Positions 1 through 12,358 of a stretch of DNA of 64,000 bases are shown piece by piece. The notes beneath the pieces were generated by a model, which made no database searches, was not told where the DNA came from, and was given only the letters and a program-made list of their open reading frames with translations. Within the stretch, counting starts at the first letter, position 1, and each line of letters begins with the position of its first letter. The position numbers and the translations under genes were made by a program. The stretch is from Octopus sinensis (Eukaryota): the NCBI RefSeq assembly GCF_006345805.1, contig NC_043019.1:27341360-27405359 (forward strand). The letters are read 5' to 3'.

Positions 1-240
1 ACGAAAGGGTTAAATCCAAAGACATACGGATGTCTCACTATTCATTTCATATCTTGATCCGTTTTGTATTTTATAAACTCCTATGGTGATGGCTGCATAG
101 TGACTATTCATGCACAAGTAATGATGAAAGTAAATTAGACCTTATCAGGTTGAATGTGAAATGGCCATCATATGAGAAGATGAGGTTATCATGTCACATA
201 CACACACACATCTAGCAAAAGAATACCCTCCATCAGGCAT

Positions 241-710
241 TTGCCATATCCTGAACGCCTTACTTCCCTGGGCATGGACACATTGAAACTCCGACGTCTG
301 GCAGCTGACTTGGCAGACACCCATAAAATTATCAACCATCGCACAAACAATAACTCTGAGCACCTCTTCAAACTCCACCCATCTAACACCCGTGGACATA
401 TTTACAAAGTAAGAAAACAGCACAGCTCCCATGACTTCAGGAAACATTTTTTCACGCTGAGAGTTGCTGAAGCGTGGAACAAACTGCCGGCATCGGTTGT
501 TAGTTGTCGGAGCACTGCATCCTTCAAAACTTCCATGCTTCCTGAGATTGGCCAACACTACACTTGATTTTCTCCCCTCCATACACATACAAGCATGTTC
601 ACTTTCCAGACATTTCTACATTACTGCATGTACTTTATATGCACTTTCTGACAAGTTGTGGTGCACCTGAGCACTGTATACAATAATTTCATTATTATTA
701 TTATTATTAT
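241..710 (+). mobile_element. CR1/L2-group LINE 3' fragment with (ATT)n tail
   Basis: PYPERLxxLG...LRR...D...TRGH...FFxxRVxxxWNxLP C-terminal motif; the same 3' UTR recurs at 28449-28660. Confidence 0.85.
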
Positions 711-737
711 AACTAAAATTGACATGAGAATACTCAC

Positions 738-863
738 CGACGGTGGGGTAAGAGAGAAGTCCCTGACTGAAAGGATCAGCTGCCCAGTTACTTGTTGTCA
801 CACTCAAGATGGCATCTTTGGACAAATTCTTCAAATGAAACATTGCTGCTAACCGTTCCAGTG
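738..863 (-). CDS. Amine oxidase exon 6 (ALERLAAMF...NWAADPFSQGLLSYPTV); gene probably continues left of the window
   Basis: WxxDPFSxG..SY motif; acceptor cttctag, donor G|GTGAGT; no FAGE-containing terminal exon seen at 1-737. Confidence 0.88.
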
Positions 864-1269
864 CTAGAAGAAACAGTCAAGTGTATTGTTAGTTATTGGA
901 GTTTTGTATGGAAGTTATTGTCTTTCAGACAGTCAGACACACAAACAGCATTACTGTTTGACCAACACCTTGAAGCAAACAAAAAAAGCCTTTACGTAAT
1001 CACTCAACCTGCTAGAAATAGCAGCCAAATCTCCCTTAATCACACTCACACCAATAACAAAAAAAAAACAGGATGAAGTGTCACAAACGGAATACCTCTG
1101 ATCATGAATCTACTCAATCAAGGCTGACCTGGGGTTAAACAAGAACTAATATTCTCTTTATAAAATAGTTAAAATAGTTAAATAAATTTCTTTAAGATTT
1201 CCTCAAAATCCTGTTAATATTGTTTCAGCTTTGATGTGAAAAGAATATGGAATTGTGTAAATATTTGTG

Positions 1270-1890
1270 AGTTAAGTTAAGTTAATTTTTTGGCTCAAAA
1301 AGCAAAAAGCAAGGCCATGTAGGGGGACATGGAGTTAGGTACAGGGAGGGTGTTCATGCAAAGAGTTCAGGCCATTTGTGGTCAAGGGAGACTTTGAACT
1401 GAGTGGTCATCGGCATCTTCACTATCTCGTCCGGCAGCTTATTCCACGGATCTGCAACCCAGACGGAGAAAGCCCCTATCCTTCAATTGAGATGAAATTG
1501 TCGCAGATAGAGCTTTTCGGAGTGACCCCGCAACCGACGCTCTGGAGCAGGAGTGAAGAACAGCTCTTTCGAGAGGTTACACTTTCCGCTTATGATGTTG
1601 TGAGCAAGAATGAGATCACCACGGCATTGGCGTTTTTCTAGAGAATAAAGGTCGAGCGTCTTCAGCCTTTCTTCATAAGACAAATGCGTGAGACCAAGAA
1701 CCATGCGGGTAGCCAGCTTCTGGACTCTTCCGAGATGATGTATGTCTTTGAGGAGATAAGGAGAAGAGGCTTGAATCCCGTACTCCAATATGGGTCTCAC
1801 CAGCGGGACTTTATGATTTTCGTGAGAGGAACAGTTAGGCCTCCAATACTGAGGAATCAGGAAACTGGAAACTTCATCTAAACGAACTCC
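1270..1890 (-). mobile_element. CR1-group LINE 3' fragment, family 2, (TTAAC)n tail
   Basis: RPILEY...VQKLATRMV..L..LSYEERLKTLDLYSLEKR..RGDLI...RGHS motif. Confidence 0.88.
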
Positions 1891-2620
1891 TCTAATACCA
1901 TCTAAGGGTGAAAGATTTACAAATGAAGTTTAATAGATAAACATAGAGCACTGACTTAGTTCATTTGACTGTAAATAAATGCTCTAAATAAATGACACAA
2001 ACTTTAAGGGGGGATCTTAAGGCAATTGTAGTTTGGAAACTTTAACAAGTAAATCCTTTCACTGGTTCTTGTTTCCAAGAGGGAGATGGATGGGGGGGGG
2101 TGTACTCTTCACCAAATATGTGATGAAAGACCTAAACTGGATTTGAACTAAAGATCTGTGATTTGGTAGTTCAGATACAATATCTGCTCTGACATGCAGC
2201 CCCCATGTGGCTTACTGGGTTACCGTATTCAGCTCACAATTGTAAGGTCATGAATTCAATTCCTAACATTGCTAGCATCGAAAATGGACACTAATTGATT
2301 ATGATGGTGGTGGTGGTGATGATGTTGTTGTTGTTGTTGTCTTCCATACAGCATCAAATTCCTATTATTCCAAGTTTTCTCCCAGATGTTTTGTAACCCC
2401 ATAACAAATACCACATATTCAACACAGCAGGCTCACCTCCTGCCAGCCTTTATATGTGCCCCCTACATTCAATCCCCATCTTTCATTATTCATACAACAC
2501 AAGGAAATAAGGTTTGAAGTAACAGAGTTACTAGTTACTCATTCGTAAGATGAGGACAAAACACACAAGATCCCCTGTTATTTGATATTTGATATGAATA
2601 AATAGTTTTAAGATACGAAC

Positions 2621-2851
2621 CGATAGTTTTAAGTTGGGTGTCAGAGTAATTTCCAAACTTGGTAGCAGTATTGCCTTGGATAAAGGTGGTCAAATACGGA
2701 TCCTTACGACGAGACAACCAGCCAGTGTTTAACCAAGTGGTCATCAATCCAATTTCACTCATATCGGATGCGGCGAAATGGAAGAGTTCTGTGTCCTTTG
2801 GCCAAAATATTGAAGCAAATTTAAAGACAACGCTATTCACACTGCTAACCT
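2621..2851 (-). CDS. Amine oxidase exon 5 (EVSSVNSVVFKFASIFWPKD...DTQLKTI)
   Basis: VVxxFxxxFW motif; acceptor gtacag after pyrimidine tract, donor G|GTTCGT; phase 1/1 joins both neighbours in frame. Confidence 0.85.
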
Positions 2852-3464
2852 CTGTACGTTGGGGGAAGAAACGGAAGAAAAGAAAAAAAGAAAGATTACA
2901 CCAATATATCATGGATGGAAACTGGATGACAGATACAGATTCACATGCACACAAATCATAATTACACTGGTGTGGCATGTGGTAAGACATTTGCTTCCTA
3001 ACCACATGGTTCCAGGTTCAGTCCCCCTGTGTGGCATCTTGGGTAATTGTTTTCTGTTATAGCCCCTGGTCTGATCAAAACCTTGAGAGAATTTTGTGGA
3101 CAGAAACGGAAAGAAACCAGTCATAAGAGTGTGTATGTGTTAATGTATATATCAATGTGTGTGTCTTAGTGTTGTGTTTGTCCCACATCCCAACTGGTGG
3201 TGGTTTGTTTACATCCCTGTAACTTAGTAGTTCAGCAAGACAGACAATAAAATAGGTACCAGACTTTAAAAAACAAGTACTGGTGAGGGAGGGGGTCAAT
3301 CTCTTTCACAAAACCCTTCAAGGCAGTACCCCAATATGGCCACACTCCACAAACTGAAAGATGTTAAAGATATAGGATATACATGAATACACCATGAAAC
3401 AAAATCACACACAAGCATAGCAAACACATATAAACAAATATAAGTAAACACAAATATAAGTAAA

Positions 3465-3810
3465 CGGTGGCACGTTCTGTGCCGGTGACACATAAAAAGC
3501 ACCATCCGATCGTGGCCGTTCCCAGCCTCGAGAACCATCCTAACATGGCCGTAGCCAGCGCCACCCTGACTGGCCTCCGTGCCGGTGGCACGTAAAAAGC
3601 ACCATCCGATCGTGGTCGTTTGTCAGCCTTGTCTGGCACGTAAAAAGCACCCACTACACTCACGGAGTGGTTGGCGTTAGGAAGGGCATCTAGCTGTAGA
3701 AACACTGCCAGATCAGACTGGGCCTGGTGCAGCCTTCTGGCTTCCCAGACCCCAGTTGAACCGTCCAACCCATGCTAGCATGGAAAGTGGATGTTAAACG
3801 ATGATGATGA
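3465..3810 (+). mobile_element. Retroposon family B with (GAT)n tail and reiterated GGTGGCACGTAAAAAGCACC modules. Other copies 6270-6505(+), 13345-13520(-), 16986-17270(-), 18755-19035(-), 33325-33510(+), 40495-40950(+)
   Basis: Shared 3' end CATGCTAGCATGGAAAGCGGACGTTAAACGATGATGATG. Confidence 0.85.
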
Positions 3811-4448
3811 CATATATAAAGATATAGTGAACACTACAGCACAATAGTTAAATGACCACTAATCATTGTATCTGGATGGTACCTGAGCTACTCGGTTGGA
3901 GAGCCATAAGTGGACTCGGTAACCTAAGAGACTCAGTTTTCTGTCCCTTTCTCTACCAAATATTCACATTTTTCACAATATTTCTGAAAAAGAACAAGAA
4001 ATACTTGGGGGTTGATAAAATAAGTACCAGTTGATCACTGGGGTCGATATAATCAAATTCCCTCCTCCCCCTAAATTTGCTGGCCTCAGGCCAGAATTTG
4101 AAAATAATAATAATAATCCTTTCTACTAAAGGCACAAGCGCCTGAAATATTTAGGGAAGGGACTAGTTTATTACATCAACCCCACAGTTTCACTGGTACT
4201 TAATTTATCAGCCCCGAAAAGATGAAAGACAAAGTCAACCTCGGCTTTCAAATTCTGCCAAGGTCAACTTTGCTTTTCATCCTTCTGGGGTCGATAAATT
4301 AAGCACCAGTGAAACACTGGGGTCGATCTAATCGATTAGCCCCCTCCCCACAAATCTGAGGCCTTGTGCCTCCAGTAGAAAGGATTATTATTATTAAAGG
4401 GTTTGTTTTTTATGAATGAGCTGTTTTGCATCATAAATTTCACCTTAC

Positions 4449-4690
4449 CTAAGGAATTCAAAGCCACACGTTTTTCAACAGGTAGCATAGGATCAAACGC
4501 TATTCGGGAGGCTTTGAGAACCCCTAACGGCACAGCAACAATGACCGCATCTGCTTTCTTCTGGCGCCGATCCTTGGTTCGGACCAAAACCTTACTGGTA
4601 TTGTCCACTTGGGCTATCTTGATCTGAGAAACCACCTTATTCATCTCCAGATTTAACGGTGCTTCTTCCAGCTCAACACCACTGACCAAC
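4449..4690 (-). CDS. Amine oxidase exon 4 (LVSGVELEE...ADAVIVAVPLGVLKASRIAFDPMLP...LNSL)
   Basis: ADxVIVxVPLGVLK and IxFxPxLP motifs; acceptor ttttag, donor G|GTAAGG; phase 2 in, phase 1 out. Confidence 0.92.
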
Positions 4691-5888
4691 CTAAAATGTT
4701 TAAACAATGTTTTTAATGAAAAGTAAAAGACAAAAATGGGATTCATCTGTGACATATTTAAAAGAGCAGAGAAAGGGCTACCTGGGAATGAGGATTACGT
4801 ACAAAAATGATATTCTTGGGGTCAGTTGATGAAAGCTGAAATTTTTGTACAAATAAAATACTTTAGAGAATTACTATTTGTAAATCTCACAACGAGAGAT
4901 ATTCAACAACAGTACTTTGTAGTAAAGATTGTTTGCCAACATAACATGGCAGTCCTGGTTTAGGACTAATGTTGCTGTAATTTAGCCCCAGAAGACATCG
5001 TCTCCAGCTGGCTATACAACACGTACTGGCTTGATTGTTTGGTGTTGGAATAAAAGACACTGGTAAAGATGATAAAGATGGGTGGAGAGGGACAACAGAA
5101 CTAGAAATAGATAGGCAGAGAGAGAGAGAGAAAGATGTAGGTAAAATGAAACACGTAAACAAAGAGATGGAAGTAATAGAAGACACTTGCCCAAGGTGTC
5201 CCATAACGGAACTGAACCTAGAACCATGTGGTTGGGAAGCAAGCTTCTTACCACACAGTCAAGAAACAGAATCTAAATCTTGTTACAGCTGACTTTATTT
5301 TTGGTCCTTCCAGGGATGATATAAAAACATACCAGTAATGTACTGGGTGATTGAATCAGTCAGACATCTCTGCTACAAATATACAAATGGCCTTACTCTT
5401 TACTCTCTTTTACTTGTTTCAGTCATTTGACTGCGGCCATGCTGGAGCACCGCCTTTAATCGAGCAACTCGACCCCAGGACTTATTCTTTTGTAAGCCCA
5501 GTACTTATTCTATCGGTCTCTTTTGCCGAACCGCTAAGTAACGGGGACATAAACACACCAGCATCGGATGTCAAGCAATGCTAGGGCGACAAACACAGAC
5601 ACACAAACACACACACGCATATATATATATATATGACGGGCTTCTTTCAGTTTCCGTCTACCAAATCCACTCACAAGGCTTTGGTCGGCCCGAGGCTATA
5701 GTAGAAGACACTTGCCCAAGGTGCCACGCAGTGAGACTGAACCCGGAACCATGTGGTTGGTAAACAAGCTACTTACCACACAGCCACTCCTGTGCCTTGT
5801 CAATAATTAACAAATCATGATCTCTAAAAGGGACAGACACACACATACAAAGAGAAATGGTGAGAAGGAAGATGTTAGAAGATGTTAC

Positions 5889-6136
5889 CTGTCGAGGACT
5901 TCTTGGAACCCTTCTTCAATAACTGTATTAGGGAGTAAGTTAAAGCGAGATTTCAAGGATCTGCAAGAGATTAACTTTGGGGCCAGATTGTATCTGGCTA
6001 AAGTCAAGGTATTGAAGACATTCGGTGGAAGGGTCTCTTTGAAAACCGGTTGCAGTCGATATAAATTGTCAACGGCTTCTTGCAATGAAACATCTCTGGT
6101 TGGTGAACTGGAAGTCTGGACAGCAGCCATTAAAAG
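5889..6136 (-). CDS. Amine oxidase exon 3 (LLMAAVQTSSSPTRDVSLQEAV...EEGFQEVLDR)
   Basis: Polypyrimidine tract + cag acceptor, donor AG|GTAAC; phase 0 in, phase 2 out; DVSL and GFQEV motifs at family-typical positions. Confidence 0.85.
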
Positions 6137-6954
6137 CTGTCGAAGGGGAAAAAAAGAAACAATTATAAGAAATGGATTACATTGTGATTATAGTCAGAAA
6201 TACATAAAACGTGTAATAAAACTGATTGTTACAGCTGTGTCTCCAGTGCTGCTGGACTGGCTCCTGTGCAGGTGGCACATAAAAAGCACCATCTGGGCGT
6301 GGCTGTTGCCAGTACCACCAAACTGGCCCTCGTGCCGGTGGCACATAAAAGCACCCACTACACTCTCGGAGTGGTTGGCGTTTGGAAGGACATCCAGCTG
6401 TAGAAACTCTGCCAGATCAGATTGGAGTCTGGTTCACCAGACCTCAGTCAAATCGTCCAACCCATGCTAGCATGGAAAGCGGACGTTAAATGATGATGAT
6501 GATGTTGAAATGCCAGATTAGGGCTGTCCCGAGGCTTTAGCAACAACAAAGGAAACTAGTTATTCAAGAGGGTGCTGAAAAGTCCCTGGCTTTAAGGGTA
6601 TTGCGAAAGGCCAGATTGGAAGCTCAACCTTTGAAGTTCTTTCACTAGGGCTTAGTAAAGCTGAAGGACTTCTGCAAGTGTGTGACTCTGAGAGGGGAAT
6701 GTGCTGAATAAAATCATAATTGATCCTCTTGTATTTTCTTTTACCTAAAACCAAGAACTTTTCTGTACTACCCTGTATATGTAACTACTCTTCCCCTCAA
6801 AAACACACTGACTGTAGTGAGGTTTGAACTGGCCATGGTGAAGTCTGTAGTCCAACACTTTGACAACAAGACCAATGTGCCTCTTTTGTTTCTATTTGTA
6901 GATTTAAAACTCAATTGTTCTTTAGTTGGATGTAGCCATTCTGGAGCAGCATTA

Positions 6955-7280
6955 ATAGGACCCCCTTCGGTCATGAAGGACCATGGGATTACACCTAGAA
7001 AGTTACCCTCTGAGGCACAATTCCAGGCAAGGTTGTTTATGGAAGACCAGCAGTCACTCATGCATACCAGCCTCTACTCTCCACACCACCGATGTTATCC
7101 AAGGGAAAGGCAAAGGGGTCGATACAGCTTGGCACCAGTGACGTTGCAACTCATTTCTACAGCTGAGTGAATTGGAGCAACATGAAATAAAGTGTCTTGC
7201 TCAAGAACACAACACACTGCTTGATCCAGGAATTGAACTCACAACATGATTGTGAGCCTAGCGCTCTAACCACTGAGCCA
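6955..7280 (-). mobile_element. SINE family D (tRNA-like head, CTTGAGCAAGACAC core)
   Basis: Minus strand begins TGGCTCAGTGGTTAGAGCGCT, has a B-box-like GAGTTCAATTCC and a distinct 3' module. Confidence 0.65.
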
Positions 7281-8327
7281 TTATTATATCCAAAACAGGA
7301 TCATTGAGACAACGAGGAATCCACTACATCAGTCATTAGCAAGCTACAGCCAGTGGGCCACATGCATACTCTTTTACTCTTTTACTTGTTTCAGTCATTT
7401 GACTGCGGCCATGCAGGAGCACCGCCTTTAATCGAGCAACTCGACCCCGGGACTTATTCTTTTGTAAGTCCAGTACTTATTCTATCGGTCTCTTTTGCCG
7501 AACCGCTAAGTAACGGGGATGTAAACACACCAGCATCGGTTGTCAAGCAATGCTAGGGGGACAAACACAGACACACAAACACACACATGCACATATATAT
7601 ATATATATATATATACATATATACGACGGGCTTCTTTTCAGTTTCCGTCTACCAAATCCACTTACAAGGCTTTGGTCGGCCCGAGGCTATAGTAGAAGAC
7701 ACTTGCCCAAGGTGCTACACAGTGGGACTGAACCTGGAACCATGTGGTTGGTAAGCAAGCTACTTACCACACATCCACTCCTGCGCCTATATGTAGTGGA
7801 TTCCTTTTTGGCTCAACAATCCTGTTTTGGATATAATAATGCTGCTGCAGCATGGTCACATCCAATTAAATTTTAATTTTAAATTATTTAAAATTTAATT
7901 TTAATTCAAATTATTTATGCAGCCAGGAGGCCACACACAACCCACGAGGTTTTCCGAATGGCACACATCAGCACGTTTATGTTAATTTGAACATGATTGT
8001 TATAAAGACCTAAATGTGTCTGCATTTAAATTCTATCTTGTTTTCGTCTGAATGCACCAACCACATGCCATATCATTATTGTTGCTGTGTTGTACATTTC
8101 TATCAACCTGCCTGTCACAGACCCTGATTTTATGACCCAAACTTCCTGCTTTAACAAGATCCTTACTAAAACTGTCAAACAAAATTTTGTGTTGATTTTG
8201 TTCCAAACATGAGATTAAAAACAACAAGGTTATTTTACTGAATTCATCCTTATTTTAAAAATTAACTGAATCAAAAGCAGTGTATTTTAACAGAAATATG
8301 GTGATGAAAGGGTTAAATGGCTGATTT

Positions 8328-8560
8328 AAGGCGGCGAGCTGGCAGAAACCTTAAGCACGCCGGGCGAAATGCTGAGCGGTATTTCGTCTGCCGCTACATT
8401 CTGAGTTCAAATTCCGCCGAGGCCGACTTTGCCTTTCATCCTTTCGGGGTCGATTAAATAAGTACCAGTTACGCACTGGGGTCGATATAATCGACTTAAT
8501 CCGTTTGTCTGTCCTTGTTTGTCCCCTCTGTGCATAGCACCTTGTGGGTAGTAAAGAAAT
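8328..8560 (+). mobile_element. SINE family M (tRNA-like head, CCTTTCATCCTTTCGGGGTCGATAAA core). Other copies 15432-15665(+), 41205-41415(-), 46400-46525(-), 59080-59295(+)
   Basis: B-box-like GAGTTCAAATTCC; 19-bp TSD AAGGGTTAAATGGCTGATT at 8308-8326 and 8561-8579. Confidence 0.9.
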
Positions 8561-9076
8561 AAGGGTTAAATGGCTGATTGTAGACCAGTGGTGCCCAACC
8601 AAGGTCTACATGGCCCTTGGGGGGTCCATATAAAATTTTTTGTTGTTAAAATTTATGTGCAATAAATAGTGATCAAGGAGACTTGACTGCTATTTCTAGC
8701 AGGTCGAGCAACCATAGAGAAGCCCTGTCATTGGTATGTCACGTTATATGTGACAAGGTATGTTAGCCTGACCTTGTTGTGTGGAGTGGGTATAAGACAG
8801 CAGAGAGGAGATATGAAGTATGTAGGAAAATATTCAGGTTGAATGTAACCTGTGAAATAATCACTTTGTTGGTCTATATCTACTTTATTTTATTAAATTT
8901 GTCATAAAGACTGTACAAAGATTAGGTAGCTTTGCGGGCTGGACAAGACGTTAATGAAATGAATGATAAGGATGGGAGAAGACAGAAGTGCCCGCCAACC
9001 CTCTGCTTCTCTATAACATTGTTCTTTCACAATCCTACATTGAGGTATTAAACCTCTTACATTTTTCAATATTTAA

Positions 9077-9296
9077 CCCTTTCATTACTGTATTTATTTT
9101 GAGATGCTCTGTATTTCTTTCAATTACTTTAAATATAACAAAGAATTTAGTAAAATAACTTACTTATCATTCAGCTAGTGTTAGGAACATAAATTGTGAC
9201 TAAGGTTTGGTGGAAGATTTTAATTCAAAACTTATGAAAACAAGACATTTGTACTCAGAGCCAGAGGTGGTTTCAGCCAGGTTGGTAACGAAAGGG
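9077..9296. mobile_element. piggyBac-like MITE (TTAA|CCCTTTC...GAAAGGG|TTA); relatives at ~8150-8316, 63358-63577 and the window start
   Basis: CCC/GGG termini flanked by TTAA; shared internal sequence among copies. Confidence 0.72.
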
Positions 9297-9465
9297 TTAG
9301 TGGCTGTGTGGTAAGTAGCTTGCTAACCAACCACATAGTTCCGGGTTCAGTCCCACTGCGTGGCATCTTGGGCAAGTGTCTTCTGCTATAGCCCCGGGCC
9401 GACCAATGCCTTGTGAGTGGATTTGGTAGACGGAAACTGAAAGAAGCCTGTCGTATATATGTATG

Positions 9466-9496
<31 letters not shown>

Positions 9497-9922
9497 ATGT
9501 GTGTGTGTTTGTGTGTCTGTGTTTGTCCCCCTAGCATTGCTTGACAACCGATGCTGCTGTGTTTACGTCCCCGTCACTTAGCGGTTCGGCAAAAGAGACC
9601 AATAGAATAAGTACTGGGCTTACAAAGAAGTAGTCCCGGGGTCGATTTGCTCGACTAAAGGCGGTGCTCCAGCATGGCTGCAGTCAAATGACTGAAACAA
9701 GTAAAAGAGTATATACATCGAGGTGTTAAACCTCTTACAATTTTTCTACACAAACAATTTATTTGGACTAAAAAGTCCATTACAAATTTAACACATACTT
9801 GAGGCAATAAACCTCTTATACTAATCCCTGCTTAACTCTCTTGCGGTCTCTCTTGGGTTATCAAAGCTGAATGTCTTGGTAGTTAGTATATAGAAGATTG
9901 TGATGGGTAATGAATAACTCAC

Positions 9923-10107
9923 CTGTTGATGGATCTGAGCCAAATTTTCAAACTCCAAATCACGGTAGACTTTGTTTGTGTTACCATCAATCAACTGCTT
10001 GAATTCAATACGCTTTGGACTCACTTCAAATGGACCCAAAAATTCACTCAACATGTTCTCAGGGTCATCATCATCAAACATAACAATTCCCAGATCAGCT
10101 TCAACAC
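9923..10107 (-). CDS. Amine oxidase exon 2 (GVEADLGIVMFDDDDPENML...LAQIHQQ)
   Basis: Acceptor ttttaatag, donor CAG|GTGAGT; phase 1 in, phase 0 out; DLG motif follows GGRV as expected for the family. Confidence 0.85.
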
Positions 10108-11966
10108 CTATTAAAAAAAAAAAAGGAATATATTTTACCTTGTTAAGTTAGTTGATGATTAACATTTCTTACAGTGAGTTCTTCAGATTTTCTGTGGGGG
10201 TAGAATGAAACGTCTTTACTCTATGAAACTGAACTTATTTAGTCAGGAATTTGACACTAGAAAATCTAAAGACTAGTTTTTGATTGATGTGCCAAAAAGG
10301 AAAAAAAAATTTACTCAAGACAGCATCATCATTTAACATCCACTTTTCCATTCTTGCATGGGTCAGATGGAAATTGTTGAGGCAAGTTTTCTACAGTTGG
10401 ATGCCCTTCCTGTCACCAACCTTCACCTGTTTCCAAATATGTTTTTCATTGAAGACTAAAAATGAACAACACTGCTTGTATGATGGTGATGCTCGTTTAC
10501 AACCATAACATGATGTCAAAGCAACCAGACACAAGAAACACACATAGATTGACAGACAGACAAAACAGATACACACGACATACAGAAACAATAGGTTTCT
10601 TTCGGTTTCCACCTACCAAATCCACTCAGATTTCTTTGATCGGCACAGGGCTATAGTAGAAGGCACTTGCTCAAGGTGCTGCAATGTGGGATTGAACCCG
10701 AGGCCACATGGTTGGGAAGCTAACTTCATCACCACACAGCCATGTCTGGACTTTTCAACAATGAAAGAATATTCTAAGCGAAACAGGCAAACAGCTTCAC
10801 CTCAGCTTTTAAACAATAGGATTAAATATTCAATAATTTAAGGCTGTAGGAGGATCGAGCTTTTGACAAGAATTTTTTTTTTAATTTAAGAATATTTCCA
10901 AGAACAGAACAACCTCACCATGTTGATAAAAGTATTGTGTATTTAATAATGAAAATATTCCTGAAAGTTTAGAATAAGCTAATTACAAATACACAAAAAA
11001 AAAAACATCTTTCAAAACGAAATTTGTCACATTTTTTTTCTTTTACATAACTGTAATTTCTCATGCCTAAAAAAAGGATACGGGGGGGGAGTAAAAATGA
11101 AAATTGAAAAACACAATCCTATTCAAAACCTGTAAACTCAAAGGAATAAGCATTTTAGGCAAAACAGAATTTCCGACGTTATTGTATAGGGTTGCCATTA
11201 TTATTATTTAATCATAGGTCAAATTGGCTCATGTCTTTATTTAAAGGTCGTTTTGTTGTGACATCTCGTCCCAGCTCCCCCCACCCCACCCCAGAAACAA
11301 TATGACATTACAAGGAATCTTTAATTTTAATGTGAAAATGATACGTTAAAATCAAAGACCACCAGGATTAGGTTATTCAAAGAAACCTTACTGTTTTTAA
11401 GCTAATAAAATATGTGAGAATTTGGCTGTTATTTCTAGCAAGTTCAGCACTAAGTAGTTATTAGATTACTAGCTGGAGAGAAAGTTAATTTTTTTTTTTT
11501 TTTTTTTTTTTTCCATATTAAATTCCGATATAATCGTAATTTACGCCATCAGAAAGGTATCAGGAGAAAATTTCGAAAATTTCATCTAAAAATACCCATT
11601 TTTCAGAAACTTACGGGATGAAAAACAAATTAAATGGAAAACAGGAACTGTTTGTACAATTTTATTTTATTGACTAATTTACTTTTTAGAAAAAGAATAC
11701 AATAACAAACTTTTTTTTTAAAAAAAAAAGGTAATTTTCTGGCCGTGACAGAAGAAAAACACTTAATAAGGTAACACTTAAGATTTTACGTCGCTAAAAT
11801 AGGAAGATACTAGAATGGTAGTTTTCCTTAATAGCGATATATGTTTTACATAAGAAGACTGTATAGATTTGTTTGTCCGTTGTTATAATTAGTTCACTGT
11901 CTTTAATTAAACCTATTAAAATACCAAATGACCAATAAACATGATGCGGAAGCAATTTCTTCTTAC

Positions 11967-12228
11967 CTTTTGCACGGTCAAAGTTGATGCGGTCAGTCCA
12001 CACACGACCCCCATAGCGCTCCCTCCGTGCTTCTAACACAGTAACATCCCACTGGCCAGAGTTGGAGAGGGACCTGGCCGCTGCTAATCCAGCCACTCCA
12101 GCCCCGACCACCACTACAGAGCCGAGAGACGTAGCAAGCTCCTGTGATTTTTTGCTGTCTGTTTTCGAACCTTCAACTGCATGTGACCAGACTAAACAGA
12201 GTAACAACACAGTAAATGAGACAACCAT
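11967..12228 (-). CDS. Secreted flavin-containing amine oxidase family protein, coding exon 1
   Basis: ATG at 12228; hydrophobic signal peptide MVVSFTVLLLCLVWSHAVEG; FAD-binding motif VVVVGAGVAGLAAARSL...VTVLEAR...GGRVWT; donor G|GTAAGA at 11967/11966 (phase 1). Confidence 0.93.
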
Positions 12229-12277
12229 TTCGACTGGAGACTCGTGGGGAGTGACCGTCTACCTTGAAACGGTACCA

Positions 12278-12358
12278 GTGTCAAGATACGTAAAGGTAAA
12301 CAGGAACAGTGTGTCAAGATGCGTAAAGGTAAACACAAATGTGACACCTGACCAGGTG
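12278..12358. promoter_or_regulatory. Candidate proximal regulatory module of the amine oxidase gene
   Basis: Two 25-bp repeats GTGTCAAGAT(A/G)CGTAAAGGTAAACA, plus inverted E-boxes CACCTG-AC-CAGGTG, 50-130 nt upstream of the ATG. Confidence 0.4.

Noticed and set aside
2659-2961. 100-aa plus-strand ORF
   Set aside because: Antisense shadow of oxidase exon 5
8033-8227. Minus-strand ORF in oxidase intron 2 as a possible extra exon
   Set aside because: Exon 2 (phase 0) joins exon 3 in frame; no family motif; overlaps a piggyBac-like MITE
10150-10195. Minus-strand CTGAAGA...GAAATGTTAATC hammerhead-like match
   Set aside because: Stem II out of register and stem I only 2 bp; compatible with chance
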